Below, piece by piece: positions 31,663 through 41,537 of a stretch of DNA of 64,000 nt. Numbering within the stretch: the stretch's first letter is position 1; each line of letters starts with the position of its first letter. The stretch lies in assembly GCA_026391215.1 (NCBI GenBank), contig JAPLDX010000056.1:1-64000 (forward strand). The letters are read 5' to 3'. This DNA comes from Bacteroidia bacterium (GTDB lineage: Bacteria; Bacteroidota; Bacteroidia; Bacteroidales; VadinHA17). The notes beneath the pieces are model-generated. The model did not search any database. It was not told where the DNA came from and saw nothing but the letters and a program-made list of their open reading frames with translations. The position numbers and the translations under genes were made by a program.

Positions 31663-32277
31663 ATGAGCTTTAACGAATTTCCTTCCAGACTTCTGGAAAA
31701 TGCAGTAAACGAATTTGCGTCCCTTCCCGGGATAGGAAGGAAAACAGCTTTTAGGCTGGTGATGAACCTGTTAAGAAGAGATGCTGAAGAAGTCAGAAGA
31801 TTCGGCGAAAGCATCCTTAAACTTCATGAAGGGATACATTACTGCAAGGTATGCAATAATATTTCCGATACTGAGATTTGCAATATCTGCAATGATGGGA
31901 AAAGGGATAAATCTGTTCTCTGTGTCGTGGAAAATATCCAGGATGTAATGGCTGTTGAAAATACACGACAGTATAAGGGATTATATCATGTACTTGGCGG
32001 AATAATTTCACCTATAGATGGCATTGGTCCGTCGGACCTGAAGATTGACTCTCTTGAGGAAAAAGTAAAAGCCGGGGGAATAAAGGAAATAATACTCGCT
32101 CTTAGCGCAACAATGGAAGGCGATACGACTAATTATTATCTTTACAGGAAACTATGCAATTATGATTCACTGATCACGACCCTGGCCCGGGGTGTTGCAG
32201 TCGGAGATGAGCTTGAATATACTGATGAGATAACACTTGGAAGGGCAATAAATAACCGAAATCCCTATCAGCAATGA
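31663..32277 (+). CDS. recR: Recombination mediator RecR
   Basis: LPGIG.KTA.RL, C4 zinc finger, YHVLGG.ISP.DG.GP, EG..T, LARG..VG.ELEY.D. Confidence 0.96.
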   Translation: MSFNEFPSRLLENAVNEFASLPGIGRKTAFRLVMNLLRRDAEEVRRFGESILKLHEGIHYCKVCNNISDTEICNICNDGKRDKSVLCVVENIQDVMAVENTRQYKGLYHVLGGIISPIDGIGPSDLKIDSLEEKVKAGGIKEIILALSATMEGDTTNYYLYRKLCNYDSLITTLARGVAVGDELEYTDEITLGRAINNRNPYQQ

Positions 32278-33488
32278 TGACATCCGTAAATAAATTTCTC
32301 TCAAATTCAGGAAAGAGCATGAAACGCTCTGTCATAAGAGAAATCCTTAAAAACCTTCAAAATCCTGAAATGATCTCTTTTGCGGGTGGGCTTCCTGCTC
32401 CTGAGACATTCCCTGTAGAGGAACTGAAGGAAATAACACTCGAGGTTCTGGAAAAAGATGGGGCAAGCGCACTGCAGTACGGGACTACTGAAGGTGATAC
32501 GCTCCTCCGTAAAATGCTGGTCGAAAAGCACAAAAGAGACGGATTGGATTTAAGTATTGATAATATTATCATAACCACAGGATCGCAGCAAGCCCTGGAT
32601 CTTATTGGAAGAATATTTGTTGACAGTGGTGATTATGTTCTATGCGGACTTCCTTCATACCTGGGCGGCCTGAATGCTTTTTCTGTATATGGGGCAATGC
32701 TGAAAGGCATATCACTTGATGAGAAAGGCATGAAACCGGATGAACTTGAGAATACTATCATAAACCTGAAGGAGCTTGGCAAAAAGATCAAATTCTTATA
32801 TATCATACCTGATTTTCAGAATCCTGCGGGGATCACAATTCCGGAAGAAAGAAGGGTGAAAATAATTGAAATAGCAGAAAAGTATGACATCCTGATAGTT
32901 GAAGATAGCCCTTACCGTGATATACGTTTCAGCGGTGAGTCTCAGCCATTAATGTACAAGCTGGATAAAACAGGAAGAGTAATAACTTTATGTACCTTCT
33001 CTAAGATTTTTGCCCCGGGATTCAGGGTAGGATGGATAGTAGGACATCCTGAAATACTCGACAAAATAGTAATGGCAAAACAAACGGCCGACCTCTGCAC
33101 ATCTGCATTTGTTCAAAAGGTCATTGCCCGTTATCTTGAAAAAGGGTTGCTGGAAAAAAACCTCAGCAAGACAATTGCTCTTTACAGTGAAAGACGCAAT
33201 CACATGATAAAATGCTTCAGAAAATATATGCCCGCCGGTGTGTCATGGACAGAACCGGAAGGCGGTTTGTTCCTGTTCGTGACCCTGCCTCAGGGAATTG
33301 ATACTGAAAGAGTCTTCAAGAAGGCCATAGAGAAAAATGTTGCTTTTGTATCAGGATCAACATTTTTTTGCAATGATTCAGGGCATAATACCATGCGCAT
33401 GAACTTTTCATATTCTAAACCTGAAGTAATTGATGAAGGGATTAAACGTCTTGCATTGGTGATTGAAGAAGAAATAACCGGCAGATAA
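32274..33488 (+). CDS. PLP-dependent aminotransferase class I (LysN/Aro8-like)
   Basis: [44 protein letters not shown]. Confidence 0.92.
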   Translation: MMTSVNKFLSNSGKSMKRSVIREILKNLQNPEMISFAGGLPAPETFPVEELKEITLEVLEKDGASALQYGTTEGDTLLRKMLVEKHKRDGLDLSIDNIIITTGSQQALDLIGRIFVDSGDYVLCGLPSYLGGLNAFSVYGAMLKGISLDEKGMKPDELENTIINLKELGKKIKFLYIIPDFQNPAGITIPEERRVKIIEIAEKYDILIVEDSPYRDIRFSGESQPLMYKLDKTGRVITLCTFSKIFAPGFRVGWIVGHPEILDKIVMAKQTADLCTSAFVQKVIARYLEKGLLEKNLSKTIALYSERRNHMIKCFRKYMPAGVSWTEPEGGLFLFVTLPQGIDTERVFKKAIEKNVAFVSGSTFFCNDSGHNTMRMNFSYSKPEVIDEGIKRLALVIEEEITGR

Positions 33489-33493
33489 TATCC

Positions 33494-35137
33494 ATGGAAC
33501 TCTCAATCATCATTGTCAGCTACAATGTAAGGCATTTCCTTGAACAATGTCTTCTTTCAGTCCGGAAAGCATCAGAGAATATTGACTCTGAGATATTTGT
33601 CGTTGATAATAACTCAACAGACGGTTCATGCTCAATGGTAAGCAGCGAATTCCGTGAAGTAAGGCTGATAATGAACCATGAAAACAGAGGATTTGCCGCT
33701 GCAAATAACCAGGCATTAAAGATAGCAGCAGGCAGGTTTCTCCTGATCCTCAACCCTGATACCATAGTAGAAGGGGACACTTTCAGAAAATGCATCGATT
33801 TCATGGATAGCCACACGGATGCCGGGATTGTCGGAGTAAGGATGATAGATGGGAAAGGCCGATTCCTTCCTGAATCAAAAAGAGGAATACCCACACCTGA
33901 AACAGCTTTCTTCAAGTTAATGGGATTTTCAAAACTGTTCCCCAAATCGGAGCGGTTTAACAGGTACTATCTCGGGCATCTTGACAATACGAAAACATCG
34001 AAGGCTGATATAATTTCAGGCGCTTTTATGTTTCTCCGTCGGGAGGCATTCCTCAAAACAGGTCTGCTGGATGAAGAATTCTTTATGCATGGTGAAGATA
34101 TAGATTACTCCTACAGGGTTTTGCAGCAAGGATACTGTAATTATTATTTCCCCGGGACAAATATCCTGCATTACAAGGGAGAAAGTACGAAAAAGGAGGA
34201 TCTTAATGTCTTTATTGCCCTCCATAAGGCCATGATAATATTTGTCAAGAAGCACTTAAGCGACGGGAAATTTAAAAAATACATCTTCCCTATAAAGATT
34301 GCAATAATATTAAGGGCAGGATTATCATTATTAAGAAGATTCATGAGAAGGGCTTTCCTCCCTATCTCGGATGTCATCCTGATCTACCTTTTTTACCGGA
34401 TTATAGCCTCATTCTGGGGAACATATAAATTCGGAGCAGGATATATTTTCCCTGCTATACTCCCGGAAATTATTGTACCAGCTTATACAATTATCATTCT
34501 CCTTTCAATCGCATTATTATCAGGGTACAAAATTCCGTCCAAGACAGAAAATGCAGCAACGGGAATACTGACAGGAACTATGCTAATTCTTGTCATCTAT
34601 GCCCTCCTCCCTTTAAGCCTGATGTTCTCAAGGGCAATAATCATTTTTGGAGGACTGGCTTCACTTCTTATTATACCTTTATGGAGACTGCTTACTTCAC
34701 TTATCTTTCCTGGCATTGCCGATAATCCATTTTCAAAAGCCAGAAGAACTATTGTTGTCGCCGAAAGTGAAGAATATTCAAGGGTAATGAATCTGCTCTC
34801 ATCAACAGGAATCAAAAACAAAATTGCCGGAAGAGTCAGCCTTGATAATGATGATATGAAGGAGGAAGTGCTGGGGTATGTTGAACAACTGCGAGAAGTA
34901 ATAAGGATCAACAAGATCAAGGAAGTGATATTCACTACGAACAAAATGACTGCAGCTCAGATAATTGATTCCATGCATCTTATATCAGATCTTAATGTTA
35001 CTATCCGTATCGCCTCAGTAGGTGAAAAATACATTTTCGGGAGCAGGTACGTTAATCCTGAAAATGATCTGATCTCATTAAGCCGTCCGGTCCTTAGAAA
35101 AAGAATATGGACCTGGTTCAGGAATCTGTATAAATAA
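33494..35137 (+). CDS. Glycosyltransferase family 2 with C-terminal membrane region
   Basis: IIVSYN, VVDN.S.D, LNPDT, FLPESKRG, FM.GEDID, HYKGEST; TM helices in C-terminal half. Confidence 0.9.
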   Translation: MELSIIIVSYNVRHFLEQCLLSVRKASENIDSEIFVVDNNSTDGSCSMVSSEFREVRLIMNHENRGFAAANNQALKIAAGRFLLILNPDTIVEGDTFRKCIDFMDSHTDAGIVGVRMIDGKGRFLPESKRGIPTPETAFFKLMGFSKLFPKSERFNRYYLGHLDNTKTSKADIISGAFMFLRREAFLKTGLLDEEFFMHGEDIDYSYRVLQQGYCNYYFPGTNILHYKGESTKKEDLNVFIALHKAMIIFVKKHLSDGKFKKYIFPIKIAIILRAGLSLLRRFMRRAFLPISDVILIYLFYRIIASFWGTYKFGAGYIFPAILPEIIVPAYTIIILLSIALLSGYKIPSKTENAATGILTGTMLILVIYALLPLSLMFSRAIIIFGGLASLLIIPLWRLLTSLIFPGIADNPFSKARRTIVVAESEEYSRVMNLLSSTGIKNKIAGRVSLDNDDMKEEVLGYVEQLREVIRINKIKEVIFTTNKMTAAQIIDSMHLISDLNVTIRIASVGEKYIFGSRYVNPENDLISLSRPVLRKRIWTWFRNLYK

Positions 35138-35202
35138 TTGATTCAGATTCCTTCCGACAATTCATTATCTTTGCCCGGTTTAGAAGAATCCTTTTACAAC
35201 TT

Positions 35203-35235
35203 AAAAAAGGACAATAACAATTTGTCCTTTTTTTT
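35203..35235 (+). terminator. Intrinsic (possibly bidirectional) terminator
   Basis: AAAAAAGGACAA-N7-TTGTCCTTTTTT perfect 12-bp inverted repeat ending in a T run. Confidence 0.7.
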
Positions 35236-35359
35236 AATATTTCTGCTATATTAGCATCGTTAATTATTGAAGTATAAAGACATAAAACCTCCTTCCGGCA
35301 TTTTGCAGGAATGTGAACGTGAAGAAGTGAGGTAGTCATATGATTTATATCTGCATAAA

Positions 35360-38218
35360 ATGATCAAAAGGCTGATTCTGTTAACATTGCTTCTAACTTT
35401 GGCTTCTAACAACTTTTTGTTTCCCCAGGCGAAAGGCGAAATAAAAATAATGTATTATGAAGCCGAAAGCTATATCCTTTTTGAAGATTATAAAGAAGCT
35501 TTACCGTTTTATCAGTCACTTCTGAAATTCTTTCCGACCAATGCAAGTTATAAATACCGGCTCGGACAGTGCTATTTAAACGTACCAGGGGAAAAAGATA
35601 AAGCAATAGGTTTTCTTGAAGATGCAGTAAAGAACATCAATCCGGATTACAAGCAAGGAAAACTCAAGGAAACAGGCGCACCATATGATGCCCTGTATTA
35701 CCTGGCCAATGCATACAGAATTAATAATCAGCTCGATAAGGCTATTGAAACTTACAAGCTTTTCAAAGAGAATCTTGATACCAAAATTTACAATCCGGAT
35801 ATTGTTGACGAACAGATTCAGTCTTGCCTCAATGCTAAAGAGCTGATGAGCATGCCTCTTTTTTTAAAGGAACAAAATCTTGGCAGCAATATAAACGGAG
35901 ACAACTCTGAATTCAATCCCGTTATCTCCGATGATGAGAGAATAATAGTATATTCAAAAAGCGAGGCATTTTACGATGCCGTACTCTATTCTACAAGAAG
36001 TAACGGAGAATGGAGCGGGCCGATAAATCTTAATGAAGCGCTTTCAGTTGATCAGGATCTCTATCCTACTTCCATATCAGCAGATGGCAAGACACTTTAC
36101 CTTTACAGTTCAGAGGGTTATGACGGTATAATATACTCATCATCTTACGAAAATGGAGCCTGGAGCACGCTGACAAAGTTAAATGACAATATCAACACGA
36201 AGTACTGGGAGTCGCATGCAACAATTTCACACGATAATAAAAAGCTCTATTTCACCAGTAACCGGAAAAGTTCACTTGGAGAACTTGATATTTATGTTTC
36301 ATTCAGGGATAGTACAGGAGACTGGGGCCCTGCGGTTAACCTGGGACCTGTGATAAATACCCGGTATCATGAGGAGACTCCCTTCCTCAGCAATGATGAT
36401 AAAACCCTGTATTTCAGTTCCAGGGGCCATTTCAATATGGGAGGATATGACATTTTCTATTCAACACTGCTTGAAAACGGGGAATGGTCGGTACCTCTGA
36501 ATTTAGGTTATCCGCTTAATTCAACCGATGACGATGTTTTCTTCAATCCAATAAATGAAGGTTATGAAGGCTATACTGCCAAATACTCTCCTGATGGCTT
36601 CGGTCACCAGGATATTTACAGGATGGAGATATTCTCTGACGAACATCCGAGAAAATTCACTGTCAGAGGGGTCGTCACGATCGCGGACCTTCTTCACAAT
36701 ATGAATGACAGGATTAAAATAACCGCCCTGAACACAAAAAAAACCGATCAGGTTGTTATTGTCTATTCAAATCCGGAAACTGGCGAATATGAATTACAGC
36801 TTCCCCATGGCAACTATGATTTAACCTATGAGGGTCCGTATGGCACTAAAGTCCAGAAAAATATTGATCTGGCACTGACTCATCCGTCCGACAGCTTTTT
36901 GCTCCCCGGGACAATATTGCCGAGAACAGATTTCATAGCGGATCTGTCTGTTGAAAGTGAAAATGTTATTTCTGTAGCTAAGGGAGATACTATCACATTC
37001 CCTGTGAAAGCTGAACCGGGTTCAATGCTTGTTGTGGAACATTGGGCAGGTGATTCCCTGCTTTACACTGAACAGTTTCCAATGACCGATTCGGCTTTTT
37101 ACTATAAAATGGTACCGCAGCCCGGGGAAAACAAGGTTACCTTTAAAGTTACAGACAGGTTCAGTAATACTACAACCGCTGATGTTCTCATAACCAGAAA
37201 ACCGGATGAGCCCATGCAGCAGGTTATACGTCCCGAGTATAACAGGGTCATTTCTGAAAAGCAGATTGCCGCGCTGACGGAAGTGCAGATGAATCGTGCC
37301 GGGGATAAGCTGAGAGAGATTATTGCAGGATCCGAAATTCATAAGAACCAGTTCGGTAAAATTGATGACCAGATCTCATACATCAAGGCGGAAGCAATAA
37401 AGAAAGGCATCAGTGCTGAAGAGGTAGACCGGCTTGCTCTGGAAGTAGCCTTAAAGGATAATATACTTTCACAGGCTGCAGTTGATTACCTGGCTGCAAA
37501 TACAGACGGTGAGCTGAAAAAGATCCTGAGTGAAATTGATATTTATGATCTGAATTTGAAGACCTGGAATGATCTGCAGAAATATATTGCAGAAAAAACC
37601 AGCGGAAAAATAAGCCCCGATACTCTTGATAAAATTGTAGCTGCTGTTCTTGCCGGACCAGATGTCACAATTTCATCCGGGAAAGATAAAATACTGGCGC
37701 TTAGCGAGAGTTCTGAGTACGGTGAAATATTTAGACAGGCTGTCGCAGCCACCGGGGAAAAAGGCATCAGGGACGGAGGAAAATGGATGCAATCTGTTTA
37801 TAATGAATCCATTAAACTGGGATTGACAGATAAGGAATTTGCAAAGATGATTGCATTAATAAGCTCCCTGCCGGGTACTGATGCTGAACAATTCCGCAGG
37901 GATCTTGCAGCTAATGCTGAAGAGCCTTTCCTGTCCTGGTTGAATTCCCTGGATCTGGAAAAAGAGGGAATAAAGACACCTGAGGATCTCATTTTGTTCA
38001 TCCTGAAGAATAAAAATAAGGTTGTCCCTGAAGAATTAATCTTCCGAGCCCTGGTAAATCTGATAGATCAGAAGGATATCCCCGCTGAAACAATTAAATC
38101 AGGCATTGAAGCTGAAAAAGAATGCAAATGGTGGATATTGTGGCTGATCCTTGGCGCTGGTGCTGCTTTCTTCCTAATCTGGTACTGGAGACGGAGAAAA
38201 GAAAGGAAGAGTGACTGA
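35360..38218 (+). CDS. TPR + PD40 beta-propeller protein (PorE-like N-half) with helical repeats and C-terminal TM anchor
   Basis: Signal peptide; TPR; PD40 motifs (INT.YWESH, LYFTS.R, NLGP.INT, LYFSS.GH..MGGYDIF, NLGYP.N..DD); C-terminal hydrophobic helix then RRRK. Confidence 0.8.
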   Translation: MIKRLILLTLLLTLASNNFLFPQAKGEIKIMYYEAESYILFEDYKEALPFYQSLLKFFPTNASYKYRLGQCYLNVPGEKDKAIGFLEDAVKNINPDYKQGKLKETGAPYDALYYLANAYRINNQLDKAIETYKLFKENLDTKIYNPDIVDEQIQSCLNAKELMSMPLFLKEQNLGSNINGDNSEFNPVISDDERIIVYSKSEAFYDAVLYSTRSNGEWSGPINLNEALSVDQDLYPTSISADGKTLYLYSSEGYDGIIYSSSYENGAWSTLTKLNDNINTKYWESHATISHDNKKLYFTSNRKSSLGELDIYVSFRDSTGDWGPAVNLGPVINTRYHEETPFLSNDDKTLYFSSRGHFNMGGYDIFYSTLLENGEWSVPLNLGYPLNSTDDDVFFNPINEGYEGYTAKYSPDGFGHQDIYRMEIFSDEHPRKFTVRGVVTIADLLHNMNDRIKITALNTKKTDQVVIVYSNPETGEYELQLPHGNYDLTYEGPYGTKVQKNIDLALTHPSDSFLLPGTILPRTDFIADLSVESENVISVAKGDTITFPVKAEPGSMLVVEHWAGDSLLYTEQFPMTDSAFYYKMVPQPGENKVTFKVTDRFSNTTTADVLITRKPDEPMQQVIRPEYNRVISEKQIAALTEVQMNRAGDKLREIIAGSEIHKNQFGKIDDQISYIKAEAIKKGISAEEVDRLALEVALKDNILSQAAVDYLAANTDGELKKILSEIDIYDLNLKTWNDLQKYIAEKTSGKISPDTLDKIVAAVLAGPDVTISSGKDKILALSESSEYGEIFRQAVAATGEKGIRDGGKWMQSVYNESIKLGLTDKEFAKMIALISSLPGTDAEQFRRDLAANAEEPFLSWLNSLDLEKEGIKTPEDLILFILKNKNKVVPEELIFRALVNLIDQKDIPAETIKSGIEAEKECKWWILWLILGAGAAFFLIWYWRRRKERKSD

Positions 38219-38269
38219 TCTTTTTATCTTCCCGAATTTTTTATAAATTTGTTGGCAAAACCAATAGTC

Positions 38270-39544
38270 ATGGGCAAAAGGATTGTCACTCTCCTGGCTG
38301 CAATTGTTTTTGCATTTTCTCTTTACGCACAGGAACTCAAAACTTTCCAAAAATCTTTTATTGAAGCTGAGTATTTTTTTATACAGGAAGATTATTCCGA
38401 TGCACTCTCATATTACCTGCAGCTTTATGAAAAGATGCCGCAAAATGCAAATATTGCATACCGCATAGGCATATGTTACCTGAATATTCCAGGGGAAAAA
38501 AACCTTTCAATTGACTATCTTGAGGCTGCAGCGAAAAATATGTCAGCAAAGCACAGAGAGGGGACAATCAAGCAAAAAGCTGCACCATTTGATGCATTAT
38601 ATGACCTGGCTTCAGCTTACAAGATCAACTATCAGTTTGATAAAGCAAAAGAAATTTTTACAAGGTATCTGGGTACTCTGCTTCCTGACGACCGGGAAAA
38701 CATTGATTTTGTAAACTCCCAGATCAAATCATGCGATATGGCAAAAGAGATTATTGCCAGTCCTGTAATCTATACCGAGGAGAACATGGGGGAAAATTTC
38801 AATGACGATAAATCAAATTTCAATCCTGTAATTTCTGCTGACGGAAAGTCATTCGCCTTTATGGTATCAATGAAGTTCTATGATGCAATTATGCTGTCAA
38901 AATCTGAAAATGGCAGATGGAGCATCCCCGTAAATATTACACCTGAGCTTCAGTCTGACGGTGATATGTATATCTCCTGCCTTTCTCCTAACGGAAAAAC
39001 TTTATTTCTTTCAAAGGATGATAATTTCAACAGCGACATATACACCTGTACATTTGATGGAGTCAGGTGGGGAGTGAGTGTAAGACTAAATAAAAACATA
39101 AATACAAGGTACTGGGAATCACATGGTTTTGTTTCAGAAGACGGGGAACAGCTGATCTTTGCTTCTGATCGTCCCGGTGGATTCGGGGGGCTTGACCTTT
39201 ATATTTCGAAAAAAGTAAATGGTGACTGGGGGCCGCCCGTTAATCTTGGTCCTCAAATCAATACACCATTCAATGAGGACCGCCCTTTTCTCATCAATAA
39301 GGGGAACACACTTTTCTTCAGCTCCCAGGGTCACAGGAATATTGGAGGATATGATCTTTTCAGGTCTGATCTTCAGTCAGATGACCTCTGGAGCATTCCT
39401 GAAAATCTTGGGTACCCTTTCAACACACCCGACGACAATATATTCTTCATGCCTGTCGGGAATGGTAAATCAGGCTATTATTCAGTTTATAAGGAATCAG
39501 AAGGTATGGGGAAAGAGGATATCTACATAGTCACTTTTCAATAA
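38270..39544 (+). CDS. TPR + PD40 beta-propeller protein, minimal form
   Basis: Signal peptide from ATG 38270 (TAAATTTG at 38244-38251 upstream); same TPR/PD40 motifs; ends after EDIY strand. Confidence 0.82.
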   Translation: MGKRIVTLLAAIVFAFSLYAQELKTFQKSFIEAEYFFIQEDYSDALSYYLQLYEKMPQNANIAYRIGICYLNIPGEKNLSIDYLEAAAKNMSAKHREGTIKQKAAPFDALYDLASAYKINYQFDKAKEIFTRYLGTLLPDDRENIDFVNSQIKSCDMAKEIIASPVIYTEENMGENFNDDKSNFNPVISADGKSFAFMVSMKFYDAIMLSKSENGRWSIPVNITPELQSDGDMYISCLSPNGKTLFLSKDDNFNSDIYTCTFDGVRWGVSVRLNKNINTRYWESHGFVSEDGEQLIFASDRPGGFGGLDLYISKKVNGDWGPPVNLGPQINTPFNEDRPFLINKGNTLFFSSQGHRNIGGYDLFRSDLQSDDLWSIPENLGYPFNTPDDNIFFMPVGNGKSGYYSVYKESEGMGKEDIYIVTFQ

Positions 39545-39596
39545 ATAAGCTGGAATGCCTGTTTATTCATTCTTAAAATGTTATATATTTGTTATA

Positions 39597-41537
39597 ATGT
39601 ATAATTTCAGAGTTAAAACATACCGCCTTACGACCCAGCTGTTGACTCTGGTTATTTTTTCCGTTGCTGCTTCGGCTCAGTCGACAAAGGAGATGAAAGA
39701 GATTTTTGCCCAAGCTGAATCATATTACCTTTATGAAGAATATGAACTTGCGAATCAGCTGTATATTCTGTTGGAAAATCCTGAAAATCTTAATATTACT
39801 TATAAAATTGGTACATGCTACCTTAGTATCCCTGACGAAAAGGAGAAGGCGATACCATACCTTGAGGCAGCAGTGAAGAATGCAACATATGATGCAAAAT
39901 CCGGATCATTCAAAGAAAAGAGGGCTCCCCTTGATACATATTTCTTCCTGGCTAAAGCCTATCTTATCAATAATGAGCTGGAAAAGGGACTTAATACCCT
40001 TCAAAACTTCAGAAGCCTGGCAAAAGAGACTGAAGGAAAAGGGGGTATGGAAAACCTGGATTTTGTTGATCAGCAGATACAGGCATGCAAGATTGCCATG
40101 GGTTTTAAGGAAAACCCTGTAGCAATAAGCAAGAAAACCCTTGGGACTGATTTCAGCCAGGGATCAATGAATGAAAATCCTGCTGTCAGCTTCGATGGTA
40201 ATACAATAGTCTATACGGAACGCAGGGGACTGGTAAATGTCATACTGTTCTCAAAGAAGATTCGGGGCATCTGGCAGACTCCTTTTGAGATCACAGATCA
40301 GCTCAATGCAAGTGAAGATTGTTCTTCCTGCTCCCTTAATATGGACGGGACAGAACTTTACTTATACAAGAATGATAATTTTGATGGCAATATCTATACT
40401 TCAAAATATATAAATGATCAGTGGACTCCTATTGTAAAACTGAATAAGAACATCAACACAAAATTCTATGAATCCCATGCCTCGGTTTCTGCTGATGGAA
40501 GCAAACTTTACTTTACCAGTAACAGGGAAGGAGGTAAGGGAGGACTGGACATATATGTCTCGGAAAGAGATGCCTCAGGGGACTGGGGTCTGCCTGTCAA
40601 CCTGGGCCCAACAGTAAACACAGTTTACAATGAGGATACTCCATTCATAATCCAGGATGATTCCGTTCTCTATTTTTGTTCAGAAGGGCATAATTCAATG
40701 GGTGGATATGATAATTTCAAGAGCAGGAAGATCGGTACAGAATGGGAAAAACCACAGAACCTTGGATACCCTGTTAATACAACAGACGACAATAAGTTTT
40801 TCCAGCCTTCCAACAATGGGATGAACGCATTCTATTCAATGAAGACAGATTACAAAAAGAGAGAGATCTTTTACCTCGGAATAGGTGGACCTGATGTTAA
40901 CCAGATATATGAAATAACCGGGAAGGTCATCCTGAATGATACGGTTATGGCTGCAGACAAAAACTATAATATTCATATCCTCAACAGAATACCAGGAGAT
41001 ACTCTTTATAAAACATCCCCCAATAAAAACACCGGGTCATACAGGATAAATGTTGCACCAGGTGATTTTAAAGTTGTTTATTCAGGCGACGGGTATTTTT
41101 CAACATCAATTGATACAACTATTGTACGTGATAATCCGGAACTTGTTGTTAATATCGATGTTACACTGATAAGAGATTCCTCTCTGATCGAGCCGGTCAT
41201 TTATGAAAAAATCAATCTTAACGAAATACCTGTAGTAGCTGCAATTGACTCCAGCATCCTTATAAAGAACATGCATGTGAATGACGTAGGCGATACAGGT
41301 ATTAAGGATTCAGATATATTGTATTATACTGTACAGGTGATGGCTCTGTATAAGCCTATGGATGTCAGCTATTTTAAACGTATTTCTGACATGAAGGTGA
41401 TGTACAATGAAGCCGACAGGTTCTACAGATACACAACAGGTAACTTTGCAACCCGCGAAGAAGCAGCTGCATGGAGACTGGAACTGATAAGGAAGGGATA
41501 TCCAAACGAGATCTTTATCAAAAAAGTATCAAAATAA
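39597..41537 (+). CDS. TPR + PD40 + beta-sandwich protein with C-terminal SPOR-like domain
   Basis: TATATTTG at 39584-39591; TPR/PD40 motifs; C-terminal YTVQV.A...YRYTTG.F..REEA....EL..KGY..IFI. Confidence 0.8.
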   Translation: MYNFRVKTYRLTTQLLTLVIFSVAASAQSTKEMKEIFAQAESYYLYEEYELANQLYILLENPENLNITYKIGTCYLSIPDEKEKAIPYLEAAVKNATYDAKSGSFKEKRAPLDTYFFLAKAYLINNELEKGLNTLQNFRSLAKETEGKGGMENLDFVDQQIQACKIAMGFKENPVAISKKTLGTDFSQGSMNENPAVSFDGNTIVYTERRGLVNVILFSKKIRGIWQTPFEITDQLNASEDCSSCSLNMDGTELYLYKNDNFDGNIYTSKYINDQWTPIVKLNKNINTKFYESHASVSADGSKLYFTSNREGGKGGLDIYVSERDASGDWGLPVNLGPTVNTVYNEDTPFIIQDDSVLYFCSEGHNSMGGYDNFKSRKIGTEWEKPQNLGYPVNTTDDNKFFQPSNNGMNAFYSMKTDYKKREIFYLGIGGPDVNQIYEITGKVILNDTVMAADKNYNIHILNRIPGDTLYKTSPNKNTGSYRINVAPGDFKVVYSGDGYFSTSIDTTIVRDNPELVVNIDVTLIRDSSLIEPVIYEKINLNEIPVVAAIDSSILIKNMHVNDVGDTGIKDSDILYYTVQVMALYKPMDVSYFKRISDMKVMYNEADRFYRYTTGNFATREEAAAWRLELIRKGYPNEIFIKKVSK

